Shown here: positions 1 to 6,277 of the stretch, one piece after another
Numbering within the stretch: the stretch's first letter is position 1
How the letters are laid out: every line of letters begins with the position of its first letter
Assembly: GCA_034722055.1 (NCBI GenBank)
Contig: JAYENL010000115.1
Span: 25,114-38,858 of the forward strand
Direction: 5' to 3'
Length of the DNA: 13,745 nucleotides
Source: Armatimonadota bacterium
Lineage (GTDB): Bacteria; Armatimonadota; Zipacnadia; Zipacnadales; UBA5352
Notes under the pieces: generated by a model
Told to the model about the DNA's origin: nothing
Databases searched by the model: none
What the model saw: the letters and a program-made list of their open reading frames with translations, nothing else
Translations under genes and position numbers: made by a program

Positions 1-110
1 TCGTCCGCCCTGCCCGAACAGCAGTCGTTGCGTCTGTGCTGCCGTATGCCGCCATCTGCCGTTCTCTGCGCTTGTGTCATAGAGGCAGCAGCAAGCTCAG
101 GACCGTTCCC

Positions 111-275
111 GCCGTTATCTGATGTTATCTGCCGTTACTGCCGTTATCTGCCGTTGCTGATGTTCCCTGCCGTTATCTGCCGTTGCCTGCCGTTATCTGC
201 CGTTATCTGCCGTTATCTGATGTTATCTGCCGTTCTCTGCCGTTCTCTGGTGTTATCTGCCGTGCTCTGCCGTCC
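111..275. repeat. Tandem 10-bp repeat array (consensus GCCGTTATCT, variant GATGTTATCT), about 16 units plus a partial unit, abutting the 3' CCA of tRNA-Ser(GGA)
   Basis: Units read directly at 111, 121, 131 (9 nt), 140, 150 (9 nt), 159, 169 ... 259, then partial GCCGTCC 269-275 running into TGG (CCA) at 276. A degenerate remnant lies at about 41-69. Confidence 0.95.
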
Positions 276-365
276 TGGCGGAGAGGGTGGGATTCGAACC
301 CACGAGACCCGCAAGGGTCTACCCGCTCTCCAGGCGAGCACCTTCGGCCACTCGGTCACCTCTCC
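276..365 (-). tRNA. tRNA-Ser(GGA)
   Basis: Reverse complement folds as GGAGAGG/CCTCTCC acceptor stem, G73, encoded CCA, anticodon arm CTCGC-CT GGA GA-GCGGG, long variable arm, T arm GTGGG-TTCGAAT-CCCAC. Confidence 0.96.
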
Positions 366-410
366 GCCTGATACTGTGCCCTCGCAAGCTGCAGTGTCCG
401 AGCGTCGTCC

Positions 411-527
411 GTCGTTATCTGCCGTTATCTGCCGTTATCTGCCGTTCTCTGCCGTTCTCTGATGTTACCTGCCGTTATCTGATGTTATCTGCCGTTATCT
501 GATGTTATCTGCCGTGCTCTGCCGTCC
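411..527. repeat. Tandem 10-bp repeat array (GCCGTTATCT family), 11 units plus a partial unit, abutting the 3' CCA of tRNA-Ser(CGA)
   Basis: Exact 10-bp period from 411 to 520, then GCCGTCC 521-527 joined to TGG at 528. Confidence 0.95.
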
Positions 528-619
528 TGGCGGTGAGGGTGGGATTCGAACCCACGAGACCCGCAAGGGCCTACTCGCTTTCGAGGCGAGCGCAATCAGC
601 CAGGCTCTGCCACCTCACC
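528..619 (-). tRNA. tRNA-Ser(CGA)
   Basis: GGTGAGG/CCTCACC acceptor stem, G73, CCA, anticodon arm CTCGC-CT CGA AA-GCGAG, long variable arm, T arm GTGGG-TTCGAAT-CCCAC. Confidence 0.96.
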
Positions 620-649
620 GCCGGTTCGCGATCAACTGTCCGCGGTCGA

Positions 650-1282
650 TCACCAGCCGCCCACGCGTCGGTCCCACAGGCCGCCGAGGCGGTCAAGCTG
701 GGCTGTCTTCATCCACTTGACGTGGCCATCCACGAAGCAGCAGTTGGTGCCCTCATTGTGCTTCTGGAAGTCGAGTTGCTGCACGTTTGCGCCGTCCCAG
801 TGGCCTACCCACTTGGTGCCATCAGAGTCGCAGATGGCGATGGTCTCGGCCGGATACATGAGCTTAGCCAGGTTGGCGTAGTCGCACCCGACCTGCGTCA
901 GACCGCTACCGAGGTCGAGGCGGCTGAGGTTGTACCCGTAGCCGCCGCACAATGCGGTCTTGTTGTGCCAGTCGTCGCTCGGGCAGACGTAGAGCTGCTC
1001 GTTCTTGACGTACGGGAAGATCTGCGTGTTCCAGCCGGTGTAGTTCCGATTCGGATCACTTACCGGTGTAGTTCGGCAGTGCCAGGGAAGCCGTTCGTCG
1101 TAGTCCTGTGCGTACATGTTCAGCGCGATGCCAAGCTGCTTGAGATTCGACTGGCAGGAAGCCTGACGGGCCTTCTCCCGCGCCCGGGCAAAGACCGGGA
1201 AGAGGATGGCTGCAAGGATCGCGATGATCGCGATAACCACCAGCAGCTCAATCAACGTGAACCCGTTACGGGCCTTGCACAC
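650..1282 (-). CDS. Prepilin-type N-terminal cleavage/methylation protein, DUF1559 / H-X9-DG family (about 210 aa)
   Basis: [46 protein letters not shown]-terminus and C-terminal [15 protein letters not shown] (H-X9-DG). Start moved to GTG at 1282, 5 nt after RBS GGAGGTGA (1288-1295); the longer ORF to 1381 overlaps tRNA-Arg(CCT). Confidence 0.92.
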   Translation of the reverse strand: MCKARNGFTLIELLVVIAIIAILAAILFPVFARAREKARQASCQSNLKQLGIALNMYAQDYDERLPWHCRTTPVSDPNRNYTGWNTQIFPYVKNEQLYVCPSDDWHNKTALCGGYGYNLSRLDLGSGLTQVGCDYANLAKLMYPAETIAICDSDGTKWVGHWDGANVQQLDFQKHNEGTNCCFVDGHVKWMKTAQLDRLGGLWDRRVGGW

Positions 1283-1344
1283 GTCGGTCACCTCCGATGA
1301 CCTCACGCGGCGATAGTATGGTGCGACCCTCCTGTTGAAGGATC

Positions 1345-1421
1345 TGGCGCCCCCGGCCCGAGTCGAACGGGCGACCTTCAACTTAGGAGGTTGCTGCTCT
1401 ATCCACCTGAGCTACGGGGGC
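1345..1421 (-). tRNA. tRNA-Arg(CCT)
   Basis: GCCCCCG/CGGGGGC acceptor stem, D-loop with A20, anticodon arm GCAAC-CT CCT AA-GTTGA (G27-A43 mismatch), T arm GCCCG-TTCGACT-CGGGC, GCCA end. Confidence 0.94.
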
Positions 1422-1463
1422 GCCTGGCATCGGGTCGTCGCCGCCCGACGCATCTGTGTGGCA

Positions 1464-1497
1464 GCAACGGCTCCGCGTGACCGGGCGGAGCCGTTGC
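1464..1497. other. Perfect 13-bp inverted repeat in the tRNA spacer
   Basis: GCAACGGCTCCGC (1464-1476), 8-nt loop, GCGGAGCCGTTGC (1485-1497). No U-tract, function unknown. Confidence 0.6.
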
Positions 1498-1507
1498 CGG
1501 AATACGC

Positions 1508-1583
1508 TGGCACGCCGGCCGCGATTTGAACGCGGGACCTCCGCCTCCGCAGGGCGGCGCTCTATCCCCTGAGCTACCGGCGC
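1508..1583 (-). tRNA. tRNA-Arg(GCG)
   Basis: GCGCCGG/CCGGCGT acceptor stem, D arm GCTC-AGGGGATA-GAGC (A20), anticodon arm CCGCC-CT GCG GA-GGCGG, T arm CCGCG-TTCAAAT-CGCGG, GCCA end. Confidence 0.94.
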
Positions 1584-1671
1584 GCGTTTCGCTCACCCGG
1601 CGCCAAGCGATCCCTTGACGGCGCCTTCGCGGCATGTCAAACCGCCGGCGATGCGGCGGTGCGGATCGAAA

Positions 1672-1747
1672 TGGTACGCCCGGCGCGATTCGAACGCGCG
1701 ACCCCTGGCTCCGGAGGCCAGTGCTCTCTCCACTGAGCTACGGGCGC
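1672..1747 (-). tRNA. tRNA-Arg(CCG)
   Basis: GCGCCCG/CGGGCGT acceptor stem, anticodon arm CTGGC-CT CCG GA-GCCAG, T arm GCGCG-TTCGAAT-CGCGC, ACCA end. Confidence 0.95.
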
Positions 1748-1807
1748 GTATGGGAACGACAGCTACAAGCTACAAGCGACGAGCCTACGCCCCCCAATGT
1801 CGTGAGT

Positions 1808-1893
1808 GTCGTTGTCTGCCGTGATCTGACGTTATCTGCCGTTATCTGATGTTCTCTGCCGTTGCCTGATGTTCTCTGCCGTTGCCCGCCGTC
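1808..1893. repeat. Tandem 10-bp repeat array (GCCGTTATCT family, more degenerate), 8 units plus a partial unit, abutting the 3' CCA of tRNA-Ser(GCT)
   Basis: 10-bp period 1808-1887 (e.g. GACGTTATCT, GCCGTTATCT, GATGTTCTCT), then GCCGTC joined to TGG at 1894. Confidence 0.92.
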
Positions 1894-1988
1894 TGGCGGA
1901 GAGGGAGGGATTCGAACCCTCGAAGGAGGCTTGAAACCCCCTTAATCGCTTAGCAGGCGACTGCCTTCAGCCACTCGGCCACCTCTCC
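1894..1988 (-). tRNA. tRNA-Ser(GCT)
   Basis: GGAGAGG/CCTCTCC acceptor stem, G73, CCA, anticodon arm GTCGC-CT GCT AA-GCGAT, long variable arm, T arm GAGGG-TTCGAAT-CCCTC. Confidence 0.96.
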
Positions 1989-2005
1989 GCCTTCGTTGGA
2001 CCTTC

Positions 2006-2034
2006 ATGTTACCACACATTGCGGACGCGGGCAA
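2006..2034 (-). promoter_or_regulatory. Putative sigma70 promoter of the tRNA cluster
   Basis: Minus strand TTGCCC-N17-TAACAT with an extended -10 TG; the -10 ends 17 nt upstream of tRNA-Ser(GCT). Confidence 0.65.
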
Positions 2035-2050
2035 GCGCGTCTCGGCGCCT

Positions 2051-2257
2051 GCAGCATCCAGATTCGTGCGCCCAGCGCGAGGGCCGCGGAGCAGACTGTC
2101 GGAATGCCGGTAGTAGGGGAGGGGCCGCCTGAGGCTCCAGCGTGGTTTGCTGGAGCCGAAGCCGGCCCGGCCGTTCGCGCCTCGCGACGCTGTCTCGTGG
2201 GGTCGCGGGCATCGGCGGCGTCAGTGCAGAGGACAGGGACATGAATCCGCATGCTGC
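2051..2257. mobile_element. MITE-like / structured repeat element, copy 1 (internally deleted, 207 bp)
   Basis: Near-identical to 5891-6166 apart from 3-, 13- and 53-bp indels and a few substitutions. Imperfect terminal inverted repeats GCAGCATCCAGATTCGTG / CATGAATCCGCATGCTGC. No transposase and no evident target-site duplication. Confidence 0.65.
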
Positions 2258-2281
2258 CGCGGCGCACGTCCCGGTTGTCGC

Positions 2282-3274
2282 TCACGGGCCCTCCAGCGCC
2301 CAGAATGCGTCCCTGATCTGCTCGTACTCGTGGTCGGAGAGGTCGATGGACATGGCTCCTGCGTTCTCGGTGGCCTGCGTGGCGTCGCGGGAGCCGGCCA
2401 GCGCGCAGGTTATGCCCGGCGCCGCGATGGTCCAGGCCAGGGTGATCTGCGCCACGGTCGCCTCGTGACGCTCGGCGATGGGCCGCATCACATCATCGAT
2501 GACGGCGTTCACGCGCGTGATGTTCTCCTCGGTGAACCACGGCTTGTCGCGGCGCTGGTCGCCCTCCCGGAACTCCCGATCCGGGGTGACCTTGCCAGTC
2601 AGCAGCCCCTGCTCCAGCGGGCTGTAGACCACGCTGGCGATGTCGTGGTCAGCGCACCAGGCGATGACGTCGTCGTAGCTCTGGCGCGAGAGCAGGCTGA
2701 ACTTGGGCTGGGACGAGTGCACCGGGCCGTAGGCCAGACACTCCTCGATCATCTCGGAGGTGAAGTTGCTCACGCCGATGGCGCGGATCATCCCCTGATC
2801 CAGCAGCTCCACCAGCGCCCCCATGGTCTCCTCCAGCGGCGTGGTCTGGTCGGGCCAGTGGCACTGGTAGAGGTCGATGTGGTCCACGCCGAGCCGCTCC
2901 AGGCTCTGCTCGCACTCCCACAGGATGCTGTCGCGGGTGAGGTCGCGGTAGATCTCGACCGGCTCCCCATCCGGCTTCTCGCTGTCGAAGTGATGCTGGC
3001 CTTCATCGTGATTCCAGCGCAGACCGCACTTGGTGAAGACCAGCACCTCGTCGCGGCGCCCGCGGATGCCCTCCCCGACCACGCGCTCGGAGTGGCCGAA
3101 GCCGTAGACCGGCGCAGTGTCGATGGCGTTGATCCCGGCGTCAATGGCGGCGTTGATCCCCTCTACGGCCTTCTCGTCATCGGTCCCGCCCCACAGCCAG
3201 CCGCCGATGGCCCAGGCGCCGAACACGATCGGCGTGGCCTCCAGGTCCGATGTCCCGATCTGCCGAAGCTGCAT
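2282..3274 (-). CDS. Aldo/keto reductase (about 330 aa)
   Basis: Motifs FGAWAIGG, GINAIDTAPVYGFGHSE, FTKCG, SLERLGVDHIDLYQCHWPD, IGVSNF, YSPLEQGLLTGK. Start set at ATG 3274 (MQLRQIG), 6 nt after RBS GGAGGAGG. Confidence 0.95.
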   Translation of the reverse strand: MQLRQIGTSDLEATPIVFGAWAIGGWLWGGTDDEKAVEGINAAIDAGINAIDTAPVYGFGHSERVVGEGIRGRRDEVLVFTKCGLRWNHDEGQHHFDSEKPDGEPVEIYRDLTRDSILWECEQSLERLGVDHIDLYQCHWPDQTTPLEETMGALVELLDQGMIRAIGVSNFTSEMIEECLAYGPVHSSQPKFSLLSRQSYDDVIAWCADHDIASVVYSPLEQGLLTGKVTPDREFREGDQRRDKPWFTEENITRVNAVIDDVMRPIAERHEATVAQITLAWTIAAPGITCALAGSRDATQATENAGAMSIDLSDHEYEQIRDAFWALEGP

Positions 3275-3390
3275 GCGAACCCTCCTCCGTATCGCTTTCA
3301 GTGGTCCGCGATTCGGCGGCGGAAGGCTCGAGTCCTTCCCTGAGGCAGCACCAGCGCGATGCTCACCGCGATGGCCATAGCCGTAGCACC

Positions 3391-4641
3391 TCACCGCGTG
3401 CAGGTGAATACGAGGTCGTAGTCCTCATCCCCCCGCTGCGCGCGGCTGACCTGGTGGCGCGAGACCCCGCCGTCATCGTCGAGGTCCGGCCCCAGGCTCC
3501 AGAGCACGAAGCCGTCGCCGTCGCGGCGGTAGCGCAGCCGCTCGCCGCTGAAGGGATCGACGGCGTAGTCGGAATCGCCCCCGCGCGGCAGCGCCTCCAG
3601 GCCCTCGGGATAGACCCCGTGCGCGTGCTTGTGCGCCTTCAGGTCCAGCGCCATCGCCGAGAGCTCGATGTCAGCCACGGCATGGTCGCGCTTCTTGTTG
3701 GCGCGGGCGAACACCGGGCCGAGGATCTCCGCGAGCGCCACGAACGGATTGTGAACGCTCTCAGGGGACGCAGGCTCATCCGCGGTCTCGCGATACGGCC
3801 GGTCCGCATTCTCGATGAGATCGTTCATCATCTCCACGTAGCGCGCTCGGTTCGTCCCCACGAACAGCCGCATCACCGAGTTGCCACGCCCGCCTCGGCC
3901 TCCGGCCCGTCCCATGGCCTCGAGCTGCCGCAGGCCCAACAGCTCCTCGAAGCGCAGGGACCGGACGTAGGTGTCCACCGGCTCCAGCTCCCGCAGCGCC
4001 TCCCGCAGAGCCGCAGACCGCTCCGCGCTCACGTCCGCGTCGCAGAGAACCTCCTCAAGCGCGTTGCCCGACATGCTCGTGACCGCGACCGCGGAGAGGT
4101 AGCAGATCAGGCTCTCCGAGGACTGGAAGAGGTGATCCGCGATGCGTACGGCCTCACGGACGTGCGCCAAGGCGGCCTCGGCATTGCCTCGAACGGTCTC
4201 CAGCCGGGCGGCGGCCAGCACCAGTCTGGTCAGACGCCGCATATGCTTGAGATGCTCCCAGTCCGGCATGCCGGCGGTGAAGCTGGTGGGCTCGAACCGG
4301 CACTTGTCCATCGCGGCGGCCTGCGCCACGAGCCGCAGCGCCTGGCGGTTCTTGTCGATGACAGGGGCAAGCGTCCCGGGGCTGCTGGACTTGGAGGTGG
4401 CGGTCTCGTCGGCCTCACTGAGCTGCAGAGCCTGCCAGGCCTGCCGGTAGACCTCGGCCGCGTTCTGCTCGGGCGGGATCTCGGGCCCGCGCAGCTCCTC
4501 GGGCGACGGCAGGGCATCGGCGATGGCGTTGAGGCGCTTGATCTCCGCCAGCGACCGATGCACCCGCCAGCCCCCGTAGATCGCCGCGCCCAGCAGGATA
4601 GCGCCGATCACAATCAGGACCATCACGAATCTGCGCTTCAT
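3391..4641 (-). CDS. Membrane-anchored hypothetical protein with a C-terminal GspG/pseudopilin-like segment (about 416 aa)
   Basis: N-terminal KRR plus hydrophobic helix; C-terminal HGVYPEGLEAL...DPFSGERLRY...LWSLGPDLDDDGG resembles the T2SS GspG C-terminal signature. RBS AGGAGG 6 nt before ATG 4641 (alternative GTG 4644). Confidence 0.75.
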   Translation of the reverse strand: MKRRFVMVLIVIGAILLGAAIYGGWRVHRSLAEIKRLNAIADALPSPEELRGPEIPPEQNAAEVYRQAWQALQLSEADETATSKSSSPGTLAPVIDKNRQALRLVAQAAAMDKCRFEPTSFTAGMPDWEHLKHMRRLTRLVLAAARLETVRGNAEAALAHVREAVRIADHLFQSSESLICYLSAVAVTSMSGNALEEVLCDADVSAERSAALREALRELEPVDTYVRSLRFEELLGLRQLEAMGRAGGRGGRGNSVMRLFVGTNRARYVEMMNDLIENADRPYRETADEPASPESVHNPFVALAEILGPVFARANKKRDHAVADIELSAMALDLKAHKHAHGVYPEGLEALPRGGDSDYAVDPFSGERLRYRRDGDGFVLWSLGPDLDDDGGVSRHQVSRAQRGDEDYDLVFTCTR

Positions 4642-4730
4642 CACCGCCCTCCTTTCGGCCCGATCACGCCATGGATGCCAGGGCGGAAGTCGATTCCGTG
4701 GTGCTCGCGGTCAGGGCCCCGACAAACGCC

Positions 4731-4752
4731 ATGCAGGCGAGGGCGCCTGCAT
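4731..4752. repeat. REP-like hairpin ATGCAGGCG-AGGG-CGCCTGCAT
   Basis: Perfect 9-bp stem 18 nt past the Gfo/Idh/MocA stop codon; a sibling copy lies at 13722-13743. Confidence 0.6.
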
Positions 4753-4770
4753 TAGTCACTGTAACGGGAG

Positions 4771-5763
4771 TCAGACTCGCACGGTCCCGCCGGTCTCGCT
4801 GGAGCGGTAGCAGCCCTCCATGATGCGCGAGGCCTGCATGCCGTCGCGGCCGGTGAACTCCGGCTGGCGTCCCTCCACGACGGCGCGCGCGAAGTCGTCG
4901 ATGAGTGGAAAGTGCCAGTTGTCGGCGGCGGCCAGCTCCAGGCTCTCGGTCTCGCCGCCGCGGTGAACCAGCAGCGGCGCCCGGTCATAGGGACGCGCCT
5001 CGATGGTCCCCTCGGTGCCGCGGATGATCAGGTCGTCGGCCCGCTCGGAGATAGCCCACGAGGCGGTGCAGTGCACCTGCGCGCCGCTCTCCATGCGGCA
5101 GAGGAGGCTCTCGGCGTCGGGCACCTGCATGTCATCGCGGTCCAACCGGTCGGCGAAGCCACAGACCTCCACGGGGTCGCCGAGGAAGTAGCAGGCCAGG
5201 TCGAGGCGGTGACTCCCCACGTCCATCAGCGCCCCGCCTCCGCCCTTCTCGGGCAGCAGGCGCCAGTACTTGCGGTTCTCCGGGCCGATATGCGGGCGAG
5301 AGCAGATGGTGATCTCGCAGGCGATGGGGGTGCCCACCGCGCCCTCGTCGATGAGCCGCCGGATCTCGCGTGACTTGGGGAAGAAGCGGCGGTAGTAGGC
5401 GCAGGTCAGCAGCACCCCGGCCTGCTGCGCCGTCGCGATCATCTTCTCGCAGTCGGCCACGTTCAGCGCCATGGGCTTCTCGCAGATCACGTGCTTGCCG
5501 GCCTGCAGCGCCGCGATGCTCTCCGGGGCATGGCGATGCACCGGCGAGGCCACGTAGACGGCATCGATGTCGCCGGCCTCCAACAGCGCCGACAGGTCCG
5601 AGGTGGCGCGGGCGGCGCCGTGGTCGTCGCGCATCTGCTCCGCCCGCTCGGGGGTGTTGGAGAAGAATGCGACCAGCTCGGAGTCGGCCTGCTCGTTGAT
5701 GGCCGGGGCGACGGACTTGTTGGCGATGTCGCCGCACCCGACAACGGCCCAGCGCACGGGCAT
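4771..5763 (-). CDS. Gfo/Idh/MocA family oxidoreductase (330 aa)
   Basis: Rossmann start VRWAVVGCGDIA, DAVYVASP, GKHVICEKPMA, GGGALMDVGSHRLD; RBS GGAGG at 5771-5775. Confidence 0.95.
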   Translation of the reverse strand: MPVRWAVVGCGDIANKSVAPAINEQADSELVAFFSNTPERAEQMRDDHGAARATSDLSALLEAGDIDAVYVASPVHRHAPESIAALQAGKHVICEKPMALNVADCEKMIATAQQAGVLLTCAYYRRFFPKSREIRRLIDEGAVGTPIACEITICSRPHIGPENRKYWRLLPEKGGGGALMDVGSHRLDLACYFLGDPVEVCGFADRLDRDDMQVPDAESLLCRMESGAQVHCTASWAISERADDLIIRGTEGTIEARPYDRAPLLVHRGGETESLELAAADNWHFPLIDDFARAVVEGRQPEFTGRDGMQASRIMEGCYRSSETGGTVRV

Positions 5764-5889
5764 GATGGGACCTCCCCGACGATCGTGGTGTTGCGGTCCT
5801 TCCCCGCCCAGGAGGCCGATTCCTTCTCCCTGGAGGCGCGCGACGAGGCGGTGTGTTCCACCATCTCCGCTGGCCCGGCAGCGAGACGT

Positions 5890-6167
5890 GGCAGCATACA
5901 GATTCGTGTGCCCAGTGCGAGGGCCGCGGAGCGGACTGTCGGAATGCCGGTGGTAGTAGGGGAGGGGCCGCCTGAGGCTCCAGCGTGGTTTGCTGGAGCC
6001 GAAGCCGGCCCGGCCGTTCGCCGTTCGAAGCAGCGCCTCGCGACGCTGTCTCGTGGGGCCGCGGGCCGGCTTCGTCGCGCATAAAGGGCATGCGCTCCTC
6101 AGGCGGCCCCTCCGCGGGCATCGGCGGCGTCAGTACAGAGGACAGGCACATGAATCGGGATGCTGCC
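5890..6167. mobile_element. MITE-like / structured repeat element, copy 2 (longer copy, about 278 bp)
   Basis: 23-bp terminal inverted repeat GGCAGCATACAGATTCGTGTGCC / GGCACATGAATCGGGATGCTGCC (3 mismatches). Nested perfect internal inverted repeats at 5961-5977/6097-6113, 6000-6012/6062-6074 and 5976-5984/5992-6000. Confidence 0.7.
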
Positions 6168-6199
6168 GGGAGATGTGGCGCGGCAGGTTAGCGGCGCGG

Positions 6200-6228
6200 T
6201 TGACTTCTCGAGCGCATCGGGATAACAT
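6200..6228 (+). promoter_or_regulatory. Putative sigma70 promoter of the SLH-porin gene
   Basis: TTGACT-N17-TAACAT, ending 49 nt upstream of the GTG start at 6278. Confidence 0.65.
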
Positions 6229-6277
6229 CTTGCGCTGCATCTGAACCCCTATCCGATGACGAGAATGGGTGTAAGCC

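Noticed and set aside
111..527. CRISPR array interpretation of the repeats
   Set aside because: Units are 10 bp, head-to-tail, with no unique spacers and no cas genes in the window.
28..720. Plus-strand ORFs 28-462, 183-371, 287-502 and 502-720 with SAVICRYL-like repeats
   Set aside because: They are translations of the decamer arrays and of antisense tRNA genes, with no RBS or protein-like features.
1283..1381. N-terminal extension of the prepilin ORF to 1381
   Set aside because: It overlaps tRNA-Arg(CCT); a strong RBS supports GTG 1282, just before the GFTLIE motif.
1612..1640. TTGACA on the minus strand as an internal promoter for Arg(GCG)
   Set aside because: No acceptable -10 hexamer at 16-18 nt spacing; it is better explained as a hairpin arm.
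1761..1784. Heptamer repeat AGCTACA-AGCTACA-AGCGACG
   Set aside because: Only 2-3 units, too short to distinguish from chance slippage.
276..1988. Prophage or ICE attachment site at the tRNAs
   Set aside because: All six tRNAs are full length; no isolated duplicated 3' fragment and no integrase in the window.
2147..4755. Long plus-strand ORFs (2147-3343, 3250-4755) and similar antisense ORFs elsewhere (533-1300, 6341-7204, 8337-9488, 9546-10445, 11234-12127, 12456-13202)
   Set aside because: Shadow ORFs opposite well-supported genes, expected in high-GC DNA, with no recognisable motifs.
5132..6151. 339-aa minus ORF starting in the MITE-like element as a possible transposase
   Set aside because: Arg/Pro/Gly-rich off-frame translation overlapping the Gfo/Idh/MocA gene, with no DDE, HUH or recombinase motif.
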